Shown one piece after another: positions 52,836 through 64,000 of a DNA stretch of 64,000 nucleotides. The notes below the pieces were generated by a model, which saw only the letters and a program-made list of their open reading frames with translations, was not told the DNA's origin and did not search any database. The DNA is taken from the NCBI RefSeq assembly GCF_018350175.1, contig NC_058368.1:136030001-136094000 (forward strand). The letters are read 5' to 3'. Source of the DNA: Felis catus (lineage: Eukaryota). A program made the translations under genes and the position numbers. The stretch's first letter is position 1. Each line of letters opens with the position of its first letter.

Positions 52836-54012
52836 ATAAGTAAATAAGTAAAAGGTTAAAAAAAAGGCACTCACAGAAAATCTTCAGAAAAAGCTTTAAT
52901 AAGTCAACACTGATTTTTAATTTTATTATTATTATCGCCTGAATACTATAACCTACAGTGAAGGGGTGCCTAGATGGCTAAGTTGGTGGAGCGTCCAACT
53001 TAGGCTCAGTTTGTCAGTTTGATCTCCACATCAGGCTCCTTGCTGTAGGATGGATCCTCTGTCCCCCTCTCTCTGCCCCTTCCCCACTTATGTGCGTGCC
53101 CGCTCTCTCTCAAAAATAAACAAACAAACAAACATTAAAAAATTTTAACTTCCTTGGTGTGCCTGTGTGGGTCAATCAGTCAAGCGTCTGAATTCCGCTC
53201 AGGTCATTATCTCACGTTTCATGAGTTTGAGCCCCTCATCTGGCTCTGCGCTGACAGCTCAGAGCCTGGAGCCTGCTTCTGCTTCTGTGTCTCCCTCTCT
53301 CTGCCCCTCCCCCGCTCATGCCCTGCATTTCTCAAAAATAAACTTAATTAAAACAAATTTTAAAAAAAGAAATCATTCATCTTCTCTAAAAAAAAAAATT
53401 TTTTTTTTAACCCCCAGTGAAGAAATCACTCCTTTATACAAAACAACTGGACAGGGACACACCAACTTGGGTTCCACGATATAACTTAAAAAAAAAAAAA
53501 AAAAAAAAATTTAATTTTTTTAATGTTTGTTTTTGATAGAGAGACAGAGAGCAAGCAGGGGAGGGGCAGAGAAAGAGGGAGACACAGAATCCAAAGCTGG
53601 CTCTAGGGTCTGAGCTGTCAGCACAGAGCCCGACGTGGGGCTCAAACCCACAAACTGCGAGATCATGACCTGAGCCGAAGTCAAAGGTCCAACCGACTGA
53701 GCCACCTAGGTGCCCCAAAATCTTTTCTGTTTAAGTTGATTTGCTACTTACAGCCAAGAGACCCAGAAAGGAAAAGGGCATTTACATTTTACTCTACAAA
53801 ACAATCCAGGGCTTCAGGATTTAATGTATTAGATGCTTCTGTATTAGATGTAATTATTGTGTTTCTCACCAACTGTTATGTATCCTAACCAAATGACATG
53901 GAGAACCAGAGCATAACACCCTGGTGACAGTAAAATACCACTATACTTTCTAACGTAAATTCATGAGATTACTAGTCTAATACCCAATCCTCCATAAGAA
54001 CAGTTGGGAAAG

Positions 54013-54220
54013 GGGGCGCCTGGGTGGCGCAGTCGGTTAAGCGTCCGACTTCAGCCAGGTCACGATCTCGCGGTCCGTGAGTTCGAGCCCCGCGTCGGGC
54101 TCTGGGCTGATGGCTCAGAGCCTGGAGCCTGCTTCAGATTCTGTGTCTCCCTCTCTCTCTGCCCCTCCCCCGTTCATGCTCTGTCTCTCTCTGTCCCAAA
54201 AATAAATAAACGTTGAAAAA
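54013..54220 (+). mobile_element. Young SINEC_Fc-type SINE in SMN intron 4
   Basis: TSD aagaacagttgggaaag at 53996-54012 and 54221-54237. Confidence 0.95.
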
Positions 54221-54426
54221 AAGAACAGTTGGGAAAGTCTTTCAGTGTAAAGTATTTTGCATTACTATTTTATTTCCTTTTCAAAGAATTTTCAAGTGTG
54301 AATTTATGATATCTACAGAAAGCTACAAAACTTTCAAGGAAAAGCTAAAACTCATCCAATGGAGGGGTGGAAAGTTATAAAATTATTAACTGTTTCCTGG
54401 GAAAACTTTTCTGGGCAGAAATGTAC

Positions 54427-54582
54427 CTTTGCCGGTCCCAGTCCTGCTCCTGGCATGGGGGGTGGTGGAGGCAGAAAAGAGTTCCACGAAGTAGCTTTTG
54501 ACTTGACGTTATTTGATTTATTTCCAGGAGACCTGCAGGAGTTCTCACTTTCATCTGTTGAAATTTGACTTTCATTTTCATT
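54427..54582 (-). CDS. SMN1: SMN exon 4 ([20 protein letters not shown]...[17 protein letters not shown])
   Basis: 156 nt, aag|AAT...AAG|gtacat. Confidence 0.95.
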
Positions 54583-54615
54583 CTTTAAAAAGAAAAAATA
54601 TACATACTTTTGTTA

Positions 54616-54939
<324 letters not shown>

Positions 54940-55848
54940 CTATAAAAGAAACCAAAGATACACACCCACACGTATTTCTTTTGAAGAGGATAAATTGTAA
55001 TCTTGTTTAGGTGGGGTAAGGTAGGTTGTGAAGTGGATAGTCTCTAGGTAACTGATCTGGAAGGCAGAATGATCTTTGGCTTGGGGCCAAAGACACATAA
55101 ATCTGAATTTCCAGTATCAATATAATTTTGCTGTTTATATAATCATGCCACATATTTACCATGTAATATGAATTCTGCCAACTATATAATCAATTAAGAC
55201 AAGTTTGTTAATCTCTTTAAGTCTCAATTTCCTCATCTGTTAAGGAATTACAATAAAATCTACCTCATCTGTTTGTTGTGAAGAACAGAAAAGGAGGGAG
55301 AATGTGTACAGGGTCCTGCACATAGCAGGATTCAGCACATAGCCAGTGCTTATCAAATGTTAGCTCTCTTCCCCCTTGGTAATGATAAAACTAAGGGGAC
55401 TGACAAGGCACCAAAATATTTAGCTTTCAGGTCTGTTGTTTTAAATAGCAGAAATGATTTTACCTAGAATTTTTGGTTCCTGGGTATTAGTTTTAGGGTT
55501 TTTGAAGGAAAAAAAAAAAGCACAGCCATTTCCCAGTTTTACAATGCCAATGCAGTTTAAGGCCCCGAGGTGCTCATCCCAAGTGGCCGTGGGCTCCTGT
55601 AACCCACCTCCCACATAAAGTAAACACAATTTTCAACATATTATTTACATTCCCACCTAACTCACTATACTTTTACTGACATGCATGTTCCTCAACAATA
55701 GAAAGTTTCACAGCTACTTTAGAAGTTTTATGATTACATGTCAGTGGAAAACACTATACTAATCATGTAAGTTAAATATATTTTACACTATTATTGAAAA
55801 CAGCAACAAGAAATTCTTTGAAGTTCAATCTCAATGTTTTAAAATAAC

Positions 55849-55968
55849 CTGCTTCAGGGCTGCTGTGGTATTCTTTTTTTGGCTTTTATTCTTCTTAGCA
55901 GGTTTTCTTTTAGGTGTGCCTTTTGGTTTATCTGAAGCTTCAGAAATGTCACCATTCTTTAGAGCATG
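55849..55968 (-). CDS. SMN1: SMN exon 2b ([40 protein letters not shown])
   Basis: 120 nt, canonical splice sites, Lys-rich region. Confidence 0.96.
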
Positions 55969-57074
55969 CTGTGAAAATATGAAGAACGATGGACATGTTA
56001 CAGGGTCATACTTGAAAAAAAGTGTAACAATATAACCCAGTAACTACCAGGGCCTCAAGGCCCCATCAACTCAGCCTCCACTTCCTCTTTTTATCATCCC
56101 ACATGCTACAGCAACTATGCTGGAAGGCATCATATATCTGGTTATCAGCTCTAGGGACCTTTTTAATCAAGTCCTCACTCTCAACCTTCCTGTAAAGTCA
56201 GATTCTGATGATCATTTGTCTTGATATTCATGACATTTTGGGTGATCTAACAGTGTAGAGCTCCAATGCTTTATTACCTCTCTAATCAAGTCTTAAACTT
56301 GGGCATTCCCAAAAAAGAACTGTCCATCCTTCTTTACCTGTTTATGATCATCTATCCCTATTACTTCAATTATAACCTCTATGCAGAGAGACTTCTCTTT
56401 TTTTTTTATTATTAAACAAAAAATTTTTAAATTATTTATTTATTTTTGAGAGGCGGGACAGGGGCAGAGAGAGGGAGGGAGACAAAGAACCCGAAGCAGG
56501 CTCCAGGCTCTGAGCTGTCCGCGCAGAGCCTGATGTGGGGCTCCAACTCACGAGGTGTGAGATCATGACCTGAGCAGAAGTTGGATGCTTAACAGACTGA
56601 GCTACCCAGGTGCCCCTTATGCAGACAGACTTCTAAATCTACTATCCAACTGACATTTCTTCTTCATTCAATGCAACATTTCCAATTACCAATTTCATAT
56701 CTTCACATTTACTTCAAAAAACACAGTTTAAAATTAAACTGTTTTTCCCCAAATTAAGTTATTTTCCTCTACTCACACTACTTCCCTCTGCAATATCATC
56801 AATCCCAGCCAACAATGAGCCACACTTTAATCTGCATTTTACAGAACCTGCATTAGTGTGCTTCTACCTTAAGGGTATATTGAAAAGGATTACTGGAGTG
56901 CTTGGGTGGCTCAGTCAGCTGGGCCCCTGATTTCAGCTTAGGGCATGATCTTATCACTCGTGGGTTTGAGCCCTGCAATGAGGTCTCCACTGTCAGTGTG
57001 GAGCCCGCTTTGGTTCCTGTCTCCCTCTCTCTCTACCCCACCCCAGCTAGTGCTTTCTGTCTCAAAACCAAATA

Positions 57075-57108
<34 letters not shown>

Positions 57109-57887
57109 CCCTAATTAAAAAAAAGAGAAGTATTACTGAGAAACTTGAATTCAGTTTTAAGGATAACATACAGGTCTGATCTTTACCTCATGCAGTAAGA
57201 GTGACTAAGGGAAAGAAGTGGACTTCGTATTTGGTGCTCTGTATGAAGATATGCTCTTTGTCTGGACTACTGATGGCTCTTGCATGGTGCTCAATAAAGC
57301 TAAATACCTCACACAGCAGAGAAAGTGATGATGTTGGGCAACTGTGTAAATGTCTTGCTGGGGCCACAAAAACAGACTACATCTCCTTAAAGAATTGAAT
57401 ATTCCTGCCGTCAGGAACACCTGACTTGATAACCAACTCAGGATTTGGGTTAGGATTAATTTAATGTAAGTAAAGCACCTAGAATAGTGCCTAAAATACT
57501 GTAAACACTCTACAAGTACTAATTATAGCACTACTGACATTTATCATTATTATTTCAATGAAGGCTTGTTAAATGAAAATTATAATTTAGACTGCCCTTC
57601 TACTAATCTGAATTAGACGATTTCTATAGTCTGATACAATGCAAACACATTAAAAGTAATTAATGTTTAAGATTCTACTTAAATTGGCTTTGCTAAAGGG
57701 ATGACATACAGAGAGCCTACCTACCAACTTCTAAAGGAAGATTATCATCTAAGTCAATTAGCCAATGATATCTATTGGCCTTCAACATTAGAACGGAATA
57801 ATATGTAATTCAACACTTTAAGTATGTTATCAGTTAATTTTGTCCCAAATGAATAACATGAGGAAATAAGGAAAAGAGTATTCATAC

Positions 57888-57959
57888 CTTAAATGAAGCT
57901 ACAGCTTTATCATAAGCTTTTATCAACGCTGTATCATCCCAAATGTCAGAATCATCACT
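57888..57959 (-). CDS. SMN1: SMN exon 2a ([24 protein letters not shown]), Gemin2-binding region
   Basis: 72 nt, cag|AGT...AAG|gtatga on the minus strand. Confidence 0.97.
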
Positions 57960-58759
57960 CTGGGAAGGGTAAAGAACAAACACAATTCATGTTTAAATGG
58001 GTTTCATAAAAAATGTAGGTTAGATACTGTCAGGAGCCATCCTACGCCACACATGAAGTTACACTAAAAACAGGTATTTTAAATCCTAAACAAAACTAGA
58101 GGAAGCCTACCTCCTTACAGAGTATGTGACATTACCCCCAAAACTAGGCATATGTAAATATTCTAAAAGGAGTAAACTGAATGCTCTATAATTGAATTTC
58201 TATCCACCAACCATAAGTGGATCTGTTCAAAGATAACTATGTTTCAAACTTTTCTAAGAGCTGATAAAAGGTTTACTTTGGCAATGTGGGAAAACATCTG
58301 GCTATTAGCCTGACTTTGTTATACAGACTATGGTAATGCTATTCCGACCAAAGAATCTGAGGTCCAAAGAATATTCTTTTCCCCTTGACCTTGCACTATG
58401 TCTAGATTAAGCAAGAATTCTCAAAAGGTTTTAAGTTACAAATTACTAGTAGTGATTAATAAATCAATTTTCATTTTAAACAGGAGTGGTATTAAGTAAT
58501 CTGGAAAAGACTGAAGTAGCATTTAATTCTATTTTTATTTAAATTTAATTCAATTCAAAAACATATTCTTGAGCATATCCACTATCTCTTACACACTCAT
58601 TTCTGAGAGGTATATGAAATCACGCTACCTGCTCTCTTCAGCGATGGTCTAAATAGGAATTTAAAACATAGTGTCACAGAAAATCAAAATAAAAAAAATA
58701 CAAAACATTTATGGTGAGACATTACAGACAATAAATGTGTGAATTAAAAGAAATAGATT

Positions 58760-60670
58760 TTCTCTGGTTCAAGAGGCCGACTTTGGAAGATGCTGAATTC
58801 ACCTGCTCCCCACCAATGCACCAGATCTATAGCTACATACGGAACAACTTCCTCTAGGGTAAAAAGACAAAATCAAAAATACCCAGAAACTAGTTGAGCA
58901 ACTCCTACACATTAGGCAAACATGAAAAAACAAATCCCTACAAAGAAGGGAAGCTGAGACACAGTTTTGCCATAAACCCCTTCCCAGTGCAGCAACCCAT
59001 TATAGGGAGGAAACTCAAAACTCAGAGACTCTCCCTGAGGAGAAATGAATTTGAACCCCAAACTGGGCACTTGAACTTTTAAGACCTGTACCTGAGATAA
59101 GCCCCCAAGACATCTAGCATTGAAAACTATGGGGATTCGCATTCAAAGACCTACAGGAAAATAGCAAACTGAGAAAAAGCCATTAAAGTGCTCCAATGCC
59201 TGGATTTAATTGCCCAAGGCAGGTAGTGCAGAAACAATGGAGTAAAAGGCACACAAACTTTATGTGAAAGAGACTCATTTGCTTATTAAAGTGTTAGCCT
59301 GAGGGGCAGTCTAATTTAACACACACTTGCAGGGCCCTGGTGGGATATTCTCAAAGCACACAGGCTAGTGGGCACCATGTTTCTGCTCCTGCCTCGCTCC
59401 AGACAGACAATGCCATCTGTGTGCTCTCCCTCTTCTGAGTTCCAGAGCACTTGTGTGTCCTAGAGGGTAGCATTTGTTTACATGCACTTGGTGCCCCAGT
59501 TTCCACACCTGGTGTCCCAGGCTTTTGCAGCTGTTGCTCAGGAAACACTCCGTAACCATCTGTCCATGGTAACTAGGGGGCTTTCCATTCCTGGGTTCCA
59601 TAAGACTATTCACTCTCTGCCTTATTCCAGCTTACTGTTATCTCCCAGAAAGAAGCTTATGCACTCTCTGGGTACCCTGATTATTGCAAGTGCTACCCAG
59701 GGGATATGTCCAGATCACCTGCTCTGCAGGCTGAGCGGGCTTCTGCTTGCATTCCCACAAGACTGTATATATTTACGTACTTTAAAAGCTGCTGCCCAAG
59801 GGTCTGGCTCCCCAGTCATACTGAATCAAATTGTTGACTGAGATCCTCCTCCTGGGGCACAGATAGGTCTTTGCACACTCTCAACTACTGGGAACCACTA
59901 AAATTAAAATAGGCTGCTTGGATAATCACAAAGATTTGAGAAACAACCAAGAGCTAGTGCAGGGTTGAACGTTAAAGTTCATCTTCTACAAGATACTCCT
60001 TGAAGTCTGGCAGAGGTGGCTATTATCTAATGCACAGAAACCAACTCAGAAAGTCAAGCAAAATGAAGAAACAGAGGAATATGTTCCATAAAAGGAATAA
60101 GGTAAAACCTCAGAAACCATTTCTTAAAAGTAACAGAGAAGTGATTTACCTGATAAGGAGTTCAAAATAATAGTCATAAGCATGCTTATCAAGCTCAGGA
60201 GAATGAATGAGCACAGTGAGAACTTCAAGAAATAAAAAATAAAGAAAATGCCAAAAAGAAAAAAAGTCAGGGGCGCCTGGGTGGCTCAGGCAGTTGAGCG
60301 GCTGACTTTGGCTGAAGTCATGATCTCACGGCTCATGGGTTCGCACACTGCATCAGGCTAGCTGCTTTAAGAGTGGACCCTGCTTCAGATCCCTGTCCCC
60401 CTCTCTCTGCCCCTCCCCACCTCAAAAATAAACAAGCTTAAAAAAAAAGATTAACTACCCCCCCCCCCGCCCTTTCCCCCCTCCGGTGTGCTCTCTCTCT
60501 CTAAAATAAAAATTAAAAGTAATAAAATAATTTTTTAAACCATGTATGGTGTCAGATGTTGACTAGACTTATTGTGGTGTTTGTTTTCCAAAGTGTACAA
60601 ATACTGAATAATTATGTTGTACACCTGAAATTAATACAATGTTATATCTCAATTATACCTCAATAAAAAA
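58760..60670 (+). mobile_element. Old L1 5' UTR/ORF1 start followed, after a SINE, by an L1 3' end
   Basis: ORF1-start-like aaaatgaagaaacagaggaatatgttcca near 60060; 3' end tgtacacctgaaattaata...caataaaaaaa. Confidence 0.6.
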
Positions 60671-62136
60671 AGAAGAGAAAAAGGAATGGCTGGTGGATGA
60701 TCATGGAGCAAACAGGCCTAGGAAATAAAAATCAGAAGGATGAGGACAGGTAGAAGAGAAAATAGAAAGCATTTCAAGAAAGATCAGGAGCCAAAAAAAA
60801 GGCCTAGAAGCAAAAATAAACCCACTGACTGTATGGTTTCACTTGTGTGAGATATCAAAAGTAGCCAATCACAAAAACAAAGTAGAAAGTTGGGGTTGGG
60901 GGGAAGAAGCAATGCTTTTTAATGGGTAGAGTTTCAGTTTTGCAACATTAAAAAGTTCTAGGTATCTACCGTACAATAACATGAATATATTTAACGCCAA
61001 ATGCACAGTTCAAAATGGCTAAAATGTAGGGCACTTTGTTGACTCAGTTGGTAGAGCATGAGACTCTTGATCTTGTTCGAACCCCACGTTGGGTACAGAG
61101 TGGATTTAAAAAAAATGGCTAAGATGATAAATTTTATGTTATGTGTGTGCTTTTAAGCCACAATTAAGGGACACCTGGGTGGCTCAGGTGGTGAAGCATC
61201 CAACTCTTGATTTTGGCTCAGTTCATCTCACCGTGGCCAGAGTGGAGCCTGTTTGAGATTCTCTTTCCCCCTCTCTCTGCCCCTCCCCCATGCTTGCTTG
61301 CATTCTCTTTCCCTCACTCAAAATAAATAAACATTTCTTAAAAATAAACCACAATTAAAAATAAAAATAAAACAATGTATTTTGATCACTTAGACTACAA
61401 GTCCAACTAGAAGAATCAGGTTCATTCTACATAGTAGCTGAAGATAAGTTTAGATACATATGTTGATGATGAGAGGACAAGTTACCAAACACCTTCAATT
61501 AGTATCTTGGATTTGGTATGTTAGTCAATTAATGAGTTCCAAAGAAGCCTATAATAAAACTTCTTTAGTTGCAAAACTAATTTAGGTGGCTCTCCTGTTA
61601 ATCTCCATTATACAGAGAAACAGCTAATCTCATTTTTTGATAAAAACTAATTAAAAATCATTTAATCATTCTGTAGATAAGGAAAGTAATCACAGAGGTA
61701 ACTGATTGTTCAAGGTTACACTTCCACTTAGAAAGGGAGATGTTCCTTAGAGATTTGATACAGCCTGAGTTAGCAAACAGTAGAAATTAAGGATAATGAA
61801 GACATATTTTTTTAAAAAAAACACAAAATTACAAGACACATCAGTGCTCCTGCAACTGCAAATGGGGGCCATCTGTCTGGCTTAGTCAGAGGAGCATGTG
61901 AATCTTGATCACAGAGTTCTAAGTCTGAGCCCCAGGTTGTGTATAGAGGTTACTTAAAAATAAAATCTTAAAAAAAATATCCTGCAAAAAGTACTACTGA
62001 TAAAGGAAGATGAATTCCATTGTTTCAATACAAGAGGGCATTCTTTTTTTTTTTACATGTATTTATTTTGAAAGAGAGGGCAAGAGAGGGCAAGCAGTGG
62101 GGGGGGGGGAGGGAGGGAGGGAGGGGGGGGGAGGGA

Positions 62137-62173
<37 letters not shown>

Positions 62174-63128
62174 AGGGAGGGAGAGAGAGAATCCCAAGCA
62201 GGCTCTGCACTGACAGAGGGGCTCGAACCCATGAACCAACCATGAGATCATGACCTGAGACAAAGTCACACACCCAACCGACTGAGCCACACACGTGCCC
62301 GCAAAAAGGCATTCTTAAAAGTAAAATACAAAGCAACCCAAACTCCTCACATGGCAATGATTATGTTCAGATCAAGGAAACAAGAGATTTCAAAATGAAA
62401 AGATACCTAAGATTTTATACAAAGCTATTAGAACAAAAAATATTTCAGCTAATAAAACTTCCCAAATAACAATCACAAAAAGAAGCAAACACCCAATTGA
62501 AATTAAATAAAGTAGCATCTGCAAACTACCCTGAATCAAAAAGTTTATAAACTAAGATGAGAAAACAGGGCAAAAGGGCAAGATTTGAATTGGGAGTTAA
62601 AATCAAGATAGAAATGGGAGAAAAAGTAACATTGGCTACAAAGTATCCAAGGCAGAATATATCTGACTGAAAATTTAGGGAGTACCAAAGAAAACACATT
62701 AAAAAAAAAAAAAGAAAATAAGTGTTAAATACGGATAACTAGCAAAGAATATTTAATATATGTATAAATGTATATACAAGTACCTGAAGAAAAAAAGCTA
62801 AAAATCAAAAACAAAATAAAATCTAAAAAAAATCTCAATGCCTCTAAACAAAAAGACCAAGTCAGGTACAAAATAAAGAAAATTAATTAGTGTAAGATTT
62901 TTCCCATAGAAATTTGTGGGAAAAAGTATGAATCAAGGATTTTGTGATATGGCCTAGCTGACCTTTGAGCAGGGAAACTAAGTTTACAATGTTGAAGAAT
63001 ACTATACTCACTAATCTTTCCAGAGAAATCTACTGAAAATAAGCTTCAACCAACCAAGTATGATCAGGGAAAACTTGGGTTAACAAAACAAAACCCAACC
63101 TTAGCAATTCTAACAGAAAAGTAAACTA

Positions 63129-63763
63129 CAGTTGACCCTCGAACAACTGTGGGGGAGGGAGGCTAGGGGTGCCGAAAACTGTAGTTTTCATATATATATT
63201 TAGTATTTATTTTTGAGAGAGTGCAAGTGGGGAAGGGGCAGAGAGAGGGGGACGGGGGAGAGAGGACAGAGGATCTGAAGCAGGCTCTGTGCTGTCAGCA
63301 GCGGGTCCAAGGTGGGGTTGCAACTGGCTAACTGCAAGATAATGACCTGAGCTGAAGTCAGATGCTCAACTGACTGAGCCACCCGGTTGCCCCAGCTTTT
63401 TTTTTTTTTTTTTTAAGCAGGCTCCATACTCAGTATGGAGCTGGAACTCATGACCCCAAAATCAAAAGTTGCATGCTCTACCAAATGAGCCAGCCAGGTA
63501 CCCCCCTGTGTACAATTTTTGACTCCCCAAAACCTTAAGCATTATTAGCCTACTGTTGACCAGAAGCCTTATAAATAATATAAACAGCCTATTAATATAT
63601 GCTTGATGTATTATACACTGCATTCTTACAATAAAATAAAGAAAATATTAAAATTCTAAAGAAGAGAAAATACATTTATAATACTGTACTATATTTATGG
63701 GGAAAAAAATTCACATATAGGTGGACCTGTCCAGCTCAAACCATGGCTGTTCAAGGGTCAATA
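63129..63763 (+). mobile_element. Tigger2-derived MITE (Tigger2a/MER28-like) with two nested SINEs
   Basis: TIRs cagttgaccctcgaaca / tgttcaagggtcaata with TA flanks. Confidence 0.8.
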
Positions 63764-64000
63764 TATATTAAATTGACAAGCTGTAAAACTCATGTGGAAA
63801 TACAAAGGACCTAGAAAAAAATCAATTCTGAAAAAGCAAAGCAAAGCTGGAAGATTTACATTATCTTACTTCAACAAGTACTGTGAAGCTACTGTAATCA
63901 AAAAGTGTGCTATTAAAAATAGATTATTATTTAAGTGTGCTATTAAAAATACAGAAGGAGTACATGCACCCCAATGTTTATAGTAGCACTATCAACAATA

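Noticed and set aside
59482..59841. 119-aa ORF in SMN intron 1
   Set aside because: Lies in an old L1 5' region; no recognisable domain or splice structure

Overview
Eukaryotic (mammalian) genomic DNA, almost certainly from a felid, judged from the dense tRNA-derived carnivore SINEs of the SINEC_Fc type. Two genes converge tail to tail, as at the human SMA locus. On the + strand are the last 12 coding exons of NAIP (end of BIR2, BIR3, NACHT/HD, LRR; 758-29053). I spliced them by hand into one uninterrupted frame of 3538 nt (about 1178 aa plus stop); the 5' exons lie left of the window. On the - strand are SMN exons 2a-7 plus a distal terminal exon (57959 down to about 33825); exon 1 lies right of the window. 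The rest is SINE, L1, L2, LTR and DNA-transposon sequence and microsatellites, and nearly all short ORFs in the track are repeat artefacts. I see no wholly new gene system. The best leads are: (1) an intact NAIP frame whose ATPase site carries P-loop and sensor-1 substitutions; (2) a strongly defined 26-nt candidate micro-exon inside an 8.1-kb SMN intron 7; (3) non-human exon-7 regulatory architecture with near-identical inverted SINEs bracketing SMN exons; (4) sense LTRs upstream of NAIP BIR3; (5) a SINE carrying a traceable 3' tag. Human and mouse comparisons are from memory and need alignment. Repeat family names and boundaries are approximate.
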